Sequence record: SRR22947725_7321
Strand: one strand, 5' to 3'
DNA length: 37,191 nucleotides
Numbering within the stretch: position 1 is the stretch's first letter; each line of letters opens with the position of its first letter. Positions 22,488 to 30,829 of the stretch are shown here, in pieces. A program made the position numbers and the translations under genes. Below the pieces are notes generated by a model. The model was not told the DNA's origin. It made no database searches and saw nothing but the letters and a program-made list of their open reading frames with translations.

Positions 22488-23266
22488 ACCAGCTCCCAAT
22501 TACCAGTATAAACAGCTGCTGCAGGGCCCTGCAACACAATGGATTCATACACATTATCTCTTGGGTTAAAAGAAACCTGCAAATTTCCTCCTCGAGTTTC
22601 AAAACTCAGGGTTGTTTTCTCAGTTTTTTGCATAATATGTACTGCTAAGGCGGCGGCTGTTACTCCTGTTCCACAGGATAGTGTTTCTGCTTCAACACCA
22701 CGTTCATAGGTGCGGATTGCCATGGTGTTTACGTCCAAAACTTGAACAAAATTAACATTAGTACCATCTGAAAAATAGGGTGCTCCATGTGCAATTAAAG
22801 GTCCTTGCGTAGCCACATCAACTGCGTCAATATCAGCCACAAAGACCACGTGATGTGGTGAACCGGTATTTAAAAAAAGTGCTTCGTAACGCATTTCCCA
22901 TGAAGAAACATCGTGGAGTTCTAAGGCTATGGAATCCCCAATACACTGGGCATGATGCAAGCCATCGGCTGCTGAAAATGTAAGGGTTTCGTTGGTTAGT
23001 CCTAAACTTTTGGCGTAGTGAATTGCACAGCGAGATCCATTTCCACACAAACTTCCTTCGTGGCCGTCGGCGTTAAAATAGCGCATATAAAAATCGGCCT
23101 TAGGATCATTCTCTATGAGAATAAAACCATCGGCGCCAATACCGAAATTTCGATGGCAAATTTGTGCAACCGCTTCGTGATTGCCAATGGGAAACTGCTT
23201 ATCGCGATTATCCATGATAACAAAATCATTCCCAGTACCTTGATATTTTACAAACGGAAAAAGCAT
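22484..23266 (-). CDS. dapF: Diaminopimelate epimerase
   Basis: KYQGTGNDF, GIGADG, CGNGSRC, TYERGVEAETLSCGTG; ATG at 23266. Confidence 0.96.
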   Translation of the reverse strand: MLFPFVKYQGTGNDFVIMDNRDKQFPIGNHEAVAQICHRNFGIGADGFILIENDPKADFYMRYFNADGHEGSLCGNGSRCAIHYAKSLGLTNETLTFSAADGLHHAQCIGDSIALELHDVSSWEMRYEALFLNTGSPHHVVFVADIDAVDVATQGPLIAHGAPYFSDGTNVNFVQVLDVNTMAIRTYERGVEAETLSCGTGVTAAALAVHIMQKTEKTTLSFETRGGNLQVSFNPRDNVYESIVLQGPAAAVYTGNWELV

Positions 23267-23269
23267 GGG

Positions 23270-23277
23270 CAAATATA
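23270..23277 (-). promoter_or_regulatory. -7 box (TATATTTG) for dapF-mltG
   Basis: TAnnTTTG 3 nt before the ATG. Confidence 0.55.
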
Positions 23278-23345
23278 ACCAATTTAGGATGCGGGTAAGC
23301 TGTTAAAAATGCGTTAAAGCACTTTTATCAAATAAAAACAACATG

Positions 23346-23353
23346 TACTTTTG
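23346..23353 (+). promoter_or_regulatory. -7 box (TACTTTTG) for htrA
   Basis: TAnnTTTG 24 nt upstream of the ATG. Confidence 0.6.
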
Positions 23354-23377
23354 ATGGTAACATACAAATGAATCATC

Positions 23378-24766
23378 ATGAAAACAGTCATTAAATACAG
23401 TTTTGTCGCCTTTATTGCAGCCTTTGCTGCCGTATGGACATTTAGTAAGTTTCAACAAAACAACCCCGTTTTTGTTCCTGAGCAGGCCCAAGTAGTAAAC
23501 ACTGCTTTCTCGGTGCCAGCCACAACAGTGAGTGCTATGAGTACCGATTTTACTACTGCTGCTGGTAAAACAATCGATGCTGTGGTTCATATTACCAACA
23601 CGAGCTCAGGACGGGCGCAACAACCCAATAGCATTTGGGAATATTTTTATAACAGTCCTTCCCGTGAGTATCCGCGTATTGGCATGGGCTCAGGGGTCAT
23701 TTTATCTTCGGACGGGTATATAATTACCAACAACCACGTGATTGAGAATGCAACCGAACTCGAAGTGACCACAAACGACAACAAAGTCTATAAAGCCGAG
23801 CTTATAGGTACAGACACCAATGCCGATATTGCTGTTCTCAAAATAAAAGGCGCTTCATCCTTTCCTTATGTGCGTTTTGCCAATTCTGACCTAACTCGTA
23901 TTGGTGAATGGGTACTTGCTGTGGGAAATCCCTACAACCTAAACTCTACAGTTACGGCTGGAATTATCAGCGCAAAATCGCGCGATTTGAGCAGTTATGA
24001 TGGAAAAAACCAGTCGTTTATTCAAACGGATGCTGCTGTTAATCAAGGGAATAGTGGCGGTGCCTTGGTAAACCTAGACGGTGATCTGATTGGAATCAAT
24101 ACTGCCATTACCAGCAATGGTATGGGAACTTTTATTGGCTATTCATTTGCCGTGCCTAGCAATATTGCTCGAAAAATTTACGAGGATATTTTGGAGTATG
24201 GAAACGTTCAAAAAGCGCTGTTGGGTGTTAATGGAAGTGGGCTGAATGCACGTATTGCCGAAGACCTTGGCATTGAAGAAACGGAAGGATTTTATGTCGC
24301 AGGAGTTGAAGACGGCATGGGTGCCAAAGAAGCCGGAATTAAAGAAGCAGATGTTATTATTAAGGTTGACAACGCACGCATTCGCCGCTTTTCAGACCTA
24401 ACAGGTTATTTGGGCTCAAAACGCCCGGGTGACAAGGTGCAAGTAACCCTGCTTAGAGATGGCAAAGAACGCATCTTAACAGTCCCCTTAAAACGAACTC
24501 CTTTTGTGAATTATTATGGGATGCGTTTACGGGATTTAACAAAAGAAGAAGCCAAAGCCTTTGACCTAAAATCTGGTGTTAAGATTACGGCAGTGCTAAA
24601 CACACGTTTGTTTCGACGTGGCGTGCAAGACGGAGACGTTCTATTGGCTATTAACGGAGAAGAACTTTCAACTACAGAGGACGTATTGAAATTGGATGAA
24701 GACAGTATTTATGAAATTGAATTCTTAAATCAAGACAACGAAAAAATGCGTTTTATATTCGAATAG
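23378..24766 (+). CDS. htrA: HtrA/DegP-family serine protease with PDZ domains
   Basis: GSGVI...TNNHV, DIAVLKI, IQTDAAVNQGNSGGAL, PDZ domains. Confidence 0.93.
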   Translation: MKTVIKYSFVAFIAAFAAVWTFSKFQQNNPVFVPEQAQVVNTAFSVPATTVSAMSTDFTTAAGKTIDAVVHITNTSSGRAQQPNSIWEYFYNSPSREYPRIGMGSGVILSSDGYIITNNHVIENATELEVTTNDNKVYKAELIGTDTNADIAVLKIKGASSFPYVRFANSDLTRIGEWVLAVGNPYNLNSTVTAGIISAKSRDLSSYDGKNQSFIQTDAAVNQGNSGGALVNLDGDLIGINTAITSNGMGTFIGYSFAVPSNIARKIYEDILEYGNVQKALLGVNGSGLNARIAEDLGIEETEGFYVAGVEDGMGAKEAGIKEADVIIKVDNARIRRFSDLTGYLGSKRPGDKVQVTLLRDGKERILTVPLKRTPFVNYYGMRLRDLTKEEAKAFDLKSGVKITAVLNTRLFRRGVQDGDVLLAINGEELSTTEDVLKLDEDSIYEIEFLNQDNEKMRFIFE

Positions 24767-24770
24767 ATAA

Positions 24771-25315
24771 CTATTCCTTTTTTCGCTTTGTGGTGTGTTT
24801 GAGTTTTAGCACCCAAAGTTCAATTCTAAGGTGGTTTCCGATTCTATTTCGGTAAGGTCGTGATCTAACAAGTCGGCCATGAGTTCTCCGCTTTTTTTAA
24901 GTAATGAATTCTTTTTTCGACCTTTAGGAAGCTCAGGACTCGAGAGTTCAGAAACTGCTTCTTGCAAGGCACGTATCTTGGCAAAGGTTTCGATAATCAA
25001 AAAAGTGGTTTGAGTAGCTTGTTTGCTTTTTAAAATCGTAGCCAGCATATACAAGCCCTTTTCTGTAAAGGCCTTGGGTGTCACTCTCGTTTTTGAAAAA
25101 CTTGCGGTCGAAAATTTCGACCGCAAATCATTCCATTCGCTTTTAGAGAGTTCAATTAAATAATCAGCAGGGAACTTATCTAAATTGTTTTTTACTGCCT
25201 CATTGATTCGTTTGGTTTCTACCCCATACAGTTGTGCTACATCACGGTCTATAAGGACCTTTTGACCCTGAATGCTTATCAAGTTTTTCTCAATATATGC
25301 TATGCTGTGGTTCAT
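24771..25315 (-). pseudogene. ORF6N domain (KilA-N-like DNA-binding) protein with C-terminal frameshift
   Basis: IQGQKVLIDRDVAQLYGVETKRINEAVKNNLDKFP and PKAFTEKGLYMLATILKS. The frame ends ELNFGC* at 24806; the adjacent frame continues VLKLKHTTKRKKE* to 24771. Confidence 0.8.
25102..25126. repeat. Perfect inverted repeat TTGCGGTCGAAA-A-TTTCGACCGCAA inside the ORF6N CDS
   Basis: 12-bp arms with a 1-nt centre, checked base by base; encodes LRSKFSTA. Confidence 0.95.
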
Positions 25316-25350
25316 CGTTCATGGATTTAGGTTTTACTTCTTAAAAATAC

Positions 25351-25454
25351 GAGAAATTAATTACGAATGATTTAATTACAACTCAGGGAATTTCAAATTA
25401 CTCATTCGTAATTCATAATGTATTCACTAATAATTTCTCAACTCATAATTCCTA
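25351..25454. repeat. Nested inverted repeats with degenerate heptamer units
   Basis: GAGAAATTA (25351-59) / TAATTTCTC (25431-39); AATTACGAATGA (25359-70) / TCATTCGTAATT (25402-13); units ATTCGTA, ATTCATA, ACTCATA, ATTCCTA. Confidence 0.8.
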
Positions 25455-25464
25455 TATTTACCCC

Positions 25465-26139
25465 ATGCGAATAGATATCATTAGTGTGGTGCCAGAACTG
25501 ATGCACAGTCCTTTTGCGGGCTCCATTATGAAACGCGCACAGCAAGCCGCTTTGGCTGAAATACACTTTCACAACCTTAGAGATTACACCTCCAATGCTT
25601 ACAAGCAAGTAGATGATTATCCATACGGTGGCGGTGCGGGAATGGTACTTATGGTTGAACCCATTGACAAATGCATTAGCGCACTTAAAGCTGCTCGTGA
25701 TTACGATGCCGTTATTTATATGACACCCGATGGGGATGTGCTCAACCAACAAGCTGCCAACAAGTTATCCTTACTTAAAAATGTGATTGTGCTTTGCGGC
25801 CATTACAAAGGAGTAGACCAACGGGTACGCGACCTGTTTGTTACCCATGAAATTTCAATTGGCGATTATGTGTTGTCGGGCGGTGAACTCGCAGCGGCGG
25901 TACTTTGCGACAGTATTATACGCCTCATTCCTGGGGTGTTGGGCAATGAAACCTCTGCCCTAACCGATTCGTTTCAAGACGGCTTGCTGGCACCTCCTGT
26001 ATATACCCGACCAGCAGCCTATAAAGGCCATAAGGTTCCCGAAATACTTACCTCAGGAAATACGCCGAAAGTAGATGCATGGCGGGAAGAACAAGCCCTT
26101 AAAAGCACCCAAGAAAAAAGACCGGATTTACTGGAGTAA
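25465..26139 (+). CDS. trmD: tRNA (guanine37-N1)-methyltransferase
   Basis: [41 protein letters not shown]. Confidence 0.97.
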   Translation: MRIDIISVVPELMHSPFAGSIMKRAQQAALAEIHFHNLRDYTSNAYKQVDDYPYGGGAGMVLMVEPIDKCISALKAARDYDAVIYMTPDGDVLNQQAANKLSLLKNVIVLCGHYKGVDQRVRDLFVTHEISIGDYVLSGGELAAAVLCDSIIRLIPGVLGNETSALTDSFQDGLLAPPVYTRPAAYKGHKVPEILTSGNTPKVDAWREEQALKSTQEKRPDLLE

Positions 26140-26345
26140 ACCAAACCGACCTGCAACAATCAAAAAAGGGGCTGAGATAACCTAGGACCTTATACCGCTG
26201 TTTTTGCTTTTACAGCAATTAAAGCAACACCCTGTGGAGCTATGCGATTCAGGCTTGGGCAACCGTTGATTTATAAAGCACCTTCTATTTATAGATTAAT
26301 GCGGCATGACTTGAGGTTGGGAACAAAAAAGACTTTAGTTTTTTT

Positions 26346-26370
26346 AAAAAACAGCCACTAAGGAGCGGCT
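26346..26370 (-). terminator. Minus-strand intrinsic terminator
   Basis: AGCCGCT-CCTT-AGTGGCT stem, whose G-U wobble works only on the minus strand, followed by GTTTTTT. Confidence 0.6.
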
Positions 26371-26458
26371 TTACAACTGCCTCATACGTGTTTGTTTTAT
26401 TTAAATATACACCCACAATAATGTAAATATACTAACAATTGTTTAAATAGCGCAAATT

Positions 26459-26545
26459 TTATAACCCTATCTTTTCGAAAGCATATTTATACAACACAAA
26501 CTTACCCCTGTTGTTCATCAGGAATAAAGCAGTCAGTAAAATCAT
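26459..26545 (-). CDS. Candidate 28-aa small protein MILLTALFLMNNRGKFVLYKYAFEKIGL
   Basis: Lies between a minus-strand -7 box (26565-72) and a terminator (26346-70); no homology evidence. Confidence 0.25.
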   Translation of the reverse strand: MILLTALFLMNNRGKFVLYKYAFEKIGL

Positions 26546-26564
26546 AAAAAAGAGGGGTGAACTG

Positions 26565-26572
26565 CAAAGATA
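26565..26572 (-). promoter_or_regulatory. -7 box (TATCTTTG-CA) with no annotated downstream gene
   Basis: Exact TAnnTTTG followed by CA; no clear -33 TTG at the canonical spacing. Confidence 0.5.
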
Positions 26573-26692
26573 TTTGGTCAAATGAATAAAAAAGGGGTTT
26601 AGTGATTATGTAAGTAAAAACTTACTTTTCAAGCTTTTACAGGGTGTTTTCAAAAAACTCAAGAAGTGTATTAAAATAAAAGCGGAAATATG

Positions 26693-26700
26693 TACATTTG
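26693..26700 (+). promoter_or_regulatory. -7 box (TACATTTG-CA) for rplS
   Basis: Canonical match 67 nt upstream of the ATG. Confidence 0.75.
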
Positions 26701-26711
26701 CATCCCGCTAA

Positions 26712-26750
26712 GAAACCGCTGGCGAAATACGTGAATGTTTCTGTGCGTTA
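26712..26750 (+). ncRNA. Candidate L19-Flavobacteria ribosomal leader
   Basis: GC-richer CCGCTGGCGAAATACGTGAATGTTTC segment in the rplS 5' UTR; position fits the described Flavobacteria L19 leader (recalled, not searched). Confidence 0.5.
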
Positions 26751-26767
26751 ATTTAAAACCAAATACA

Positions 26768-27118
26768 ATGGAGGCCTTACTACAATATGTACAGGACGCG
26801 CTTGTACCCAAAAAAGAACTCCCTGCTTTTCAAGCCGGAGATACCATCACCGTTTATTATGAAATTCGCGAAGGCGAAAAAGTACGTACTCAGTTTTTTA
26901 AAGGAGTCGTTATTCAAATCAAAGGAAGCGGAGCAACCAAAACATTCACCATTCGCAAAATGTCTGGAACTGTTGGTGTTGAACGTATATTTCCAGTTAA
27001 CCTTCCAGGCATACAGAAAATTGAAATTAATGCCCGTGGCAAAGTACGTCGCTCACGCATTTATTACTTCCGTGGCCTTACTGGTAAAAAAGCACGTATC
27101 AAAGAGCGTCAACACTAA
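26768..27118 (+). CDS. rplS: 50S ribosomal protein L19
   Basis: PAFQAGDTITVYYEIREGEKVRTQFFKGVVI...GVERIFP...GKVRRSRIYY; ATG at 26768. Confidence 0.97.
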   Translation: MEALLQYVQDALVPKKELPAFQAGDTITVYYEIREGEKVRTQFFKGVVIQIKGSGATKTFTIRKMSGTVGVERIFPVNLPGIQKIEINARGKVRRSRIYYFRGLTGKKARIKERQH

Positions 27119-27144
27119 ATCGCTTATTTTGTTACAAACAACAC

Positions 27145-27177
27145 ACCGCAGTTCGAAATCCGTGCTGCGGTTTTTTT
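27145..27177 (+). terminator. Intrinsic terminator after rplS
   Basis: ACCGCAG...CTGCGGT stem followed by a T tract. Confidence 0.8.
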
Positions 27178-27194
27178 ATACACCAAACCCAGCG

Positions 27195-27202
27195 TATATT
27201 TG
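27195..27202 (+). promoter_or_regulatory. -7 box (TATATTTG) for icd
   Basis: Canonical match 21 nt before the ATG. Confidence 0.7.
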
Positions 27203-27223
27203 CGCCCAAATTAATCAATACCC

Positions 27224-28453
27224 ATGGCTAAAATTCATGTAGCAAACCCCGTAGTAGAAATGGATGGAGACGAAATGACTCGAATCATTTGGGACTTTAT
27301 CAAGCAACAACTCATCCTTCCCTACATTGATGTGGAGCTTTTATACTACGACCTTAGCGTAACCTCACGCGACAAAACGAACGATCAAATTACCATTGAT
27401 GCTGCTGAAGCCATCAATAAATACAATGTGGGGATTAAATGTGCTACCATTACGCCAGACGAAAACCGCGTTATCGAGTTCGATTTAAAACAAATGTGGC
27501 GTTCGCCAAACGGAACCATCCGTAATATTGTTGGTGGAACCGTATTTCGCGAACCCATTATAATGCGAAATGTACCGCGCTACGTACAAGGATGGACCCA
27601 GCCCATATGTATCGGCCGTCATGCCTTTGGCGATCAATACCGCGCGACAGATACCGTAATTAAAGAAAGTGGAACCCTCACCATGACCTTTACACCAGAA
27701 AATGGCGGTGAGGCAAAAACATGGGAAGTGTATAACTTTAAAGAAGGTGGTGTTGCCATGAGCATGTACAACATCGACTCCTCTATTTATGGTTTTGCCC
27801 GTTCTTGTATGAACCGTGCAATTAGTAAAAAATGGCCGTTGTACCTGTCTACAAAAAATACCATCTTAAAGGCCTATGATGGACGTTTTAAAGATATTTT
27901 TCAAGAGGTCTTTGAAAATGAATTTCACGATCAATTTGAAGCCCTTGGCATTACCTACGAACACCGTCTTATTGACGACATGGTAGCTGCTGCTATGAAA
28001 TGGAACGGTGGATTTGTATGGGCCTGTAAAAACTACGACGGCGATGTACAGTCCGATACCGTAGCGCAAGGATTTGGTTCTTTGGGACTAATGACCTCTA
28101 CCCTAGTAACTCCAGATGGAAAAACACTAGAGGCAGAAGCTGCGCATGGTACCGTTACACGACACTACCGCCAACACCAACAAGGAAAAGAAACCTCAAC
28201 CAATCCAATTGCTTCTATTTTTGCATGGACACGTGGGTTAGCCCACAGAGCAAAACTAGACGGCAACAATCAACTTAAAGAATTTTGTACAACACTAGAA
28301 CACGTATGTGTGCAGACTGTTGAAGGTGGTCAAATGACAAAGGATTTGGCAATGTTGATTCACAAAGAGGAAATGACGCGTGAGAACTACTTGACTACAC
28401 AAGAATTCTTAGCTGCTATTAAAGAAAACCTCGACGTAGCTTTAGCGCGATAG
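27224..28453 (+). CDS. icd: NADP-dependent isocitrate dehydrogenase (eukaryote-like type)
   Basis: [45 protein letters not shown]. Confidence 0.97.
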   Translation: MAKIHVANPVVEMDGDEMTRIIWDFIKQQLILPYIDVELLYYDLSVTSRDKTNDQITIDAAEAINKYNVGIKCATITPDENRVIEFDLKQMWRSPNGTIRNIVGGTVFREPIIMRNVPRYVQGWTQPICIGRHAFGDQYRATDTVIKESGTLTMTFTPENGGEAKTWEVYNFKEGGVAMSMYNIDSSIYGFARSCMNRAISKKWPLYLSTKNTILKAYDGRFKDIFQEVFENEFHDQFEALGITYEHRLIDDMVAAAMKWNGGFVWACKNYDGDVQSDTVAQGFGSLGLMTSTLVTPDGKTLEAEAAHGTVTRHYRQHQQGKETSTNPIASIFAWTRGLAHRAKLDGNNQLKEFCTTLEHVCVQTVEGGQMTKDLAMLIHKEEMTRENYLTTQEFLAAIKENLDVALAR

Positions 28454-28486
28454 TTAGGTTGCTTATCTTAGCAAAAAATTGCTTGG

Positions 28487-30829
28487 ATGCGCTACCTGAT
28501 ACTTTTATGGTTTAGTGCTGGGATATGCTCCTATGCACAATCCGTTACCCTTAGTGGAACAATTACAGCTTCTGATACGCAAGAAACCCTATTGGGTGTA
28601 ACGGTGTATGCCGAAGGAACAACTTTTGGTACGGTCACCAATAATTACGGGGTGTACGCACTTAGCCTGCCCAAAGGAGCTTATACGATTATTGTGCAAA
28701 ATTTAGGTTTTGAAAACTTCATTTTTGACATAAATCTCGAAGGAAGTCAAACCAAAAACCTAAGCCTTAACCCACAAGCCGAAAACTTGGACGAGGTAAT
28801 CGTCACAGAAGACATAGAGCGTATTCGACTACGTGCTCCAGAAATGAGCGTTAACAGGCTTTCGTCAAAAAGCATTAAGCAAACACCCGTTATTTTAGGC
28901 GAATCGGATATTCTAAAAACCATACAGTTGTTGCCCGGTGTGACCAGTGCAGGAGAAGGAGCCTCGGGTTTTAACGTACGTGGTGGTGGTGCCGATCAAA
29001 ACCTTATCCTACTTGATGAGGCCACCGTTTTTAACTCCTCGCATCTATTTGGGTTTTTCTCAGTTTTTAATACCGATGCCATCAAAGATGTGCAACTTTT
29101 TAAAGGAGGCATTCCAGCAACCTACGGCGGGCGAGCAGCTTCAGTATTGCGAATCGATCAAAAAGAAGGGGCAAAAGACCGCTTGCGTTTTAACGGGGGT
29201 ATTGGGTTAGTGTCGAGTCGAGGACTTCTTGAGGGCCCCTTAGGTAAAGGCTCTTTTTTGTTGGCCGGTAGAGGAACCTATGCCCATCTTTTTCTAAATG
29301 CCTTAGACCAGCCAAACTCAGCCTATTTCTACGATCTAAACACTAAAATCACCTTGCCGATAAATGAAAAAAACCGTCTATTGGTGTCGGGGTATTTTGG
29401 ACGAGATGTCGTGAATTTTGATAATACCTTTTCAAACATCTATGGCAATACCGTAGTTAACTTACGATTGAACACCTTATTTTCAAACCGTGTGTTTGGT
29501 AACCTGTCCGTGATATACAGCGATTACTATTACGGGCTGGCACTTGATTTTGTCGGCTTTGATTGGGATTCAGGTATTCAAAACTTTAATGTTAAATATG
29601 ATTTAAGCTATAATGCATCCCAAAACATCACATTGAAAACGGGGGTTCAAACAACCTATTACAGCTTTAATCCTGGGTTTATCCGCCCGCTCACAGCAGA
29701 TTCTGGGTTTATTGATAATCAGCTGCAACAAAAATATGCCGCTGTGGGTTCTATTTACCTCAGTGTTGAGCATGAACTATCCCCCGCCTTAGCAGTGCGC
29801 TATGGCGTTCGACTCAATCAGTTTAATCGACTGGAACAATCGGGCTTACAGCAATATGAAAACGATCGACCTATAGTATACAATCCTAACTTGTTTATTT
29901 ATCAAGAAGGTACTTCACTAGGCACCTATACCAAAGAAAACAGCTCCGCTTCATTTACCAATATTGAACCTCGACTAACACTTGCCTACCGTGCCAATAA
30001 CAGTGCGTGGAAGGCCAGTTATCAACGGGTGCACCAATACCTACACCTTATTTCGAACACCAGTTCCCCTACCCCATTAGATGTTTGGACGCCCAGTGGC
30101 AAATACCTGAAGCCGCAACGGGGCGATCAATGGGCAGTTGGCTATGCTACAGAACGCAACAATGGGAATACCTTTGAAACTGAAGCCTTTTTCAAAAAAA
30201 CAACCAACCGATACGATTATATTGATGGTGCGGAATTGGTAGCCAATGATGCCTTAGAACAAATTTTACTAGCCGGCACTGCACGTGCTTATGGTCTTGA
30301 GCTACTGTACAAAAAAACACAAGGGTCGCTTACAGGAATGGTTGCCTATACCCTATCTAGAGCCGAGCAACAAACCCCTGGATTGTCCAAGGACGAACCA
30401 GGCATTAATCAAGGGGAGTGGTATGCAGCACCCTACGATAAAACCCATGATTTGAGTATTAGTTTAGGCTATAAAGCAAGTGATAAATGGCAATGGAACG
30501 CTAACCTTATTGCACAAACGGGACAACCCGTTACCTACCCCACCGGACAATATTCGTTTATGGGTTCTAGTATTCCCAACTATGGGAAACGAAACGAACA
30601 ACGTCTCCCCTTCTACCACCGCATTGATATTGCAGCGACCTTATACCCAAAAAAAAATAAAGGAAAGCGTGTGCAAGGCAACTGGGTATTTGGGATTTAC
30701 AACCTGTACAACCGCCGCAATGCGGCAACCATAAGTTTTAGACAAGATGCCGAAACAGGGAAAAATCAAGCTTACCGCCTTTCAATTTTTGGCATTGTTC
30801 CTTCAATAACCTATAACATTCGATTCTAA
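28487..30829 (+). CDS. TonB-dependent receptor with CarboxypepD_reg-like N-domain
   Basis: Signal peptide, LDEVIV, LLPGV...NVRGGGADQNLILLD plug, YNLYNRRN, C-terminal YNIRF. Confidence 0.92.
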   Translation: MRYLILLWFSAGICSYAQSVTLSGTITASDTQETLLGVTVYAEGTTFGTVTNNYGVYALSLPKGAYTIIVQNLGFENFIFDINLEGSQTKNLSLNPQAENLDEVIVTEDIERIRLRAPEMSVNRLSSKSIKQTPVILGESDILKTIQLLPGVTSAGEGASGFNVRGGGADQNLILLDEATVFNSSHLFGFFSVFNTDAIKDVQLFKGGIPATYGGRAASVLRIDQKEGAKDRLRFNGGIGLVSSRGLLEGPLGKGSFLLAGRGTYAHLFLNALDQPNSAYFYDLNTKITLPINEKNRLLVSGYFGRDVVNFDNTFSNIYGNTVVNLRLNTLFSNRVFGNLSVIYSDYYYGLALDFVGFDWDSGIQNFNVKYDLSYNASQNITLKTGVQTTYYSFNPGFIRPLTADSGFIDNQLQQKYAAVGSIYLSVEHELSPALAVRYGVRLNQFNRLEQSGLQQYENDRPIVYNPNLFIYQEGTSLGTYTKENSSASFTNIEPRLTLAYRANNSAWKASYQRVHQYLHLISNTSSPTPLDVWTPSGKYLKPQRGDQWAVGYATERNNGNTFETEAFFKKTTNRYDYIDGAELVANDALEQILLAGTARAYGLELLYKKTQGSLTGMVAYTLSRAEQQTPGLSKDEPGINQGEWYAAPYDKTHDLSISLGYKASDKWQWNANLIAQTGQPVTYPTGQYSFMGSSIPNYGKRNEQRLPFYHRIDIAATLYPKKNKGKRVQGNWVFGIYNLYNRRNAATISFRQDAETGKNQAYRLSIFGIVPSITYNIRF

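Noticed and set aside
25351..25454. Repeat region as a CRISPR array
   Set aside because: No 23-47 bp direct repeats with unique spacers and no cas genes.
26167..26200. GGGGCTGAGAT resembling the TPP riboswitch GCTGAGA motif
   Set aside because: The downstream ACCTGA/GATAATGC/GCGTAGGGA elements are absent and there is no thiamine gene nearby.
26242..26361. 39-codon plus-strand ORF (MRFRLGQP...) in the trmD-rplS spacer
   Set aside because: No promoter, no A-rich initiation context and no recognisable motif.
26612..26627. AAGTAA-AAAC-TTACTT dyad as an operator
   Set aside because: 6-bp AT-rich arms are expected by chance.
26787..27242. 151-aa alternative-frame ORF over rplS
   Set aside because: It crosses a clear terminator and promoter and has no recognisable motif; a shadow ORF.
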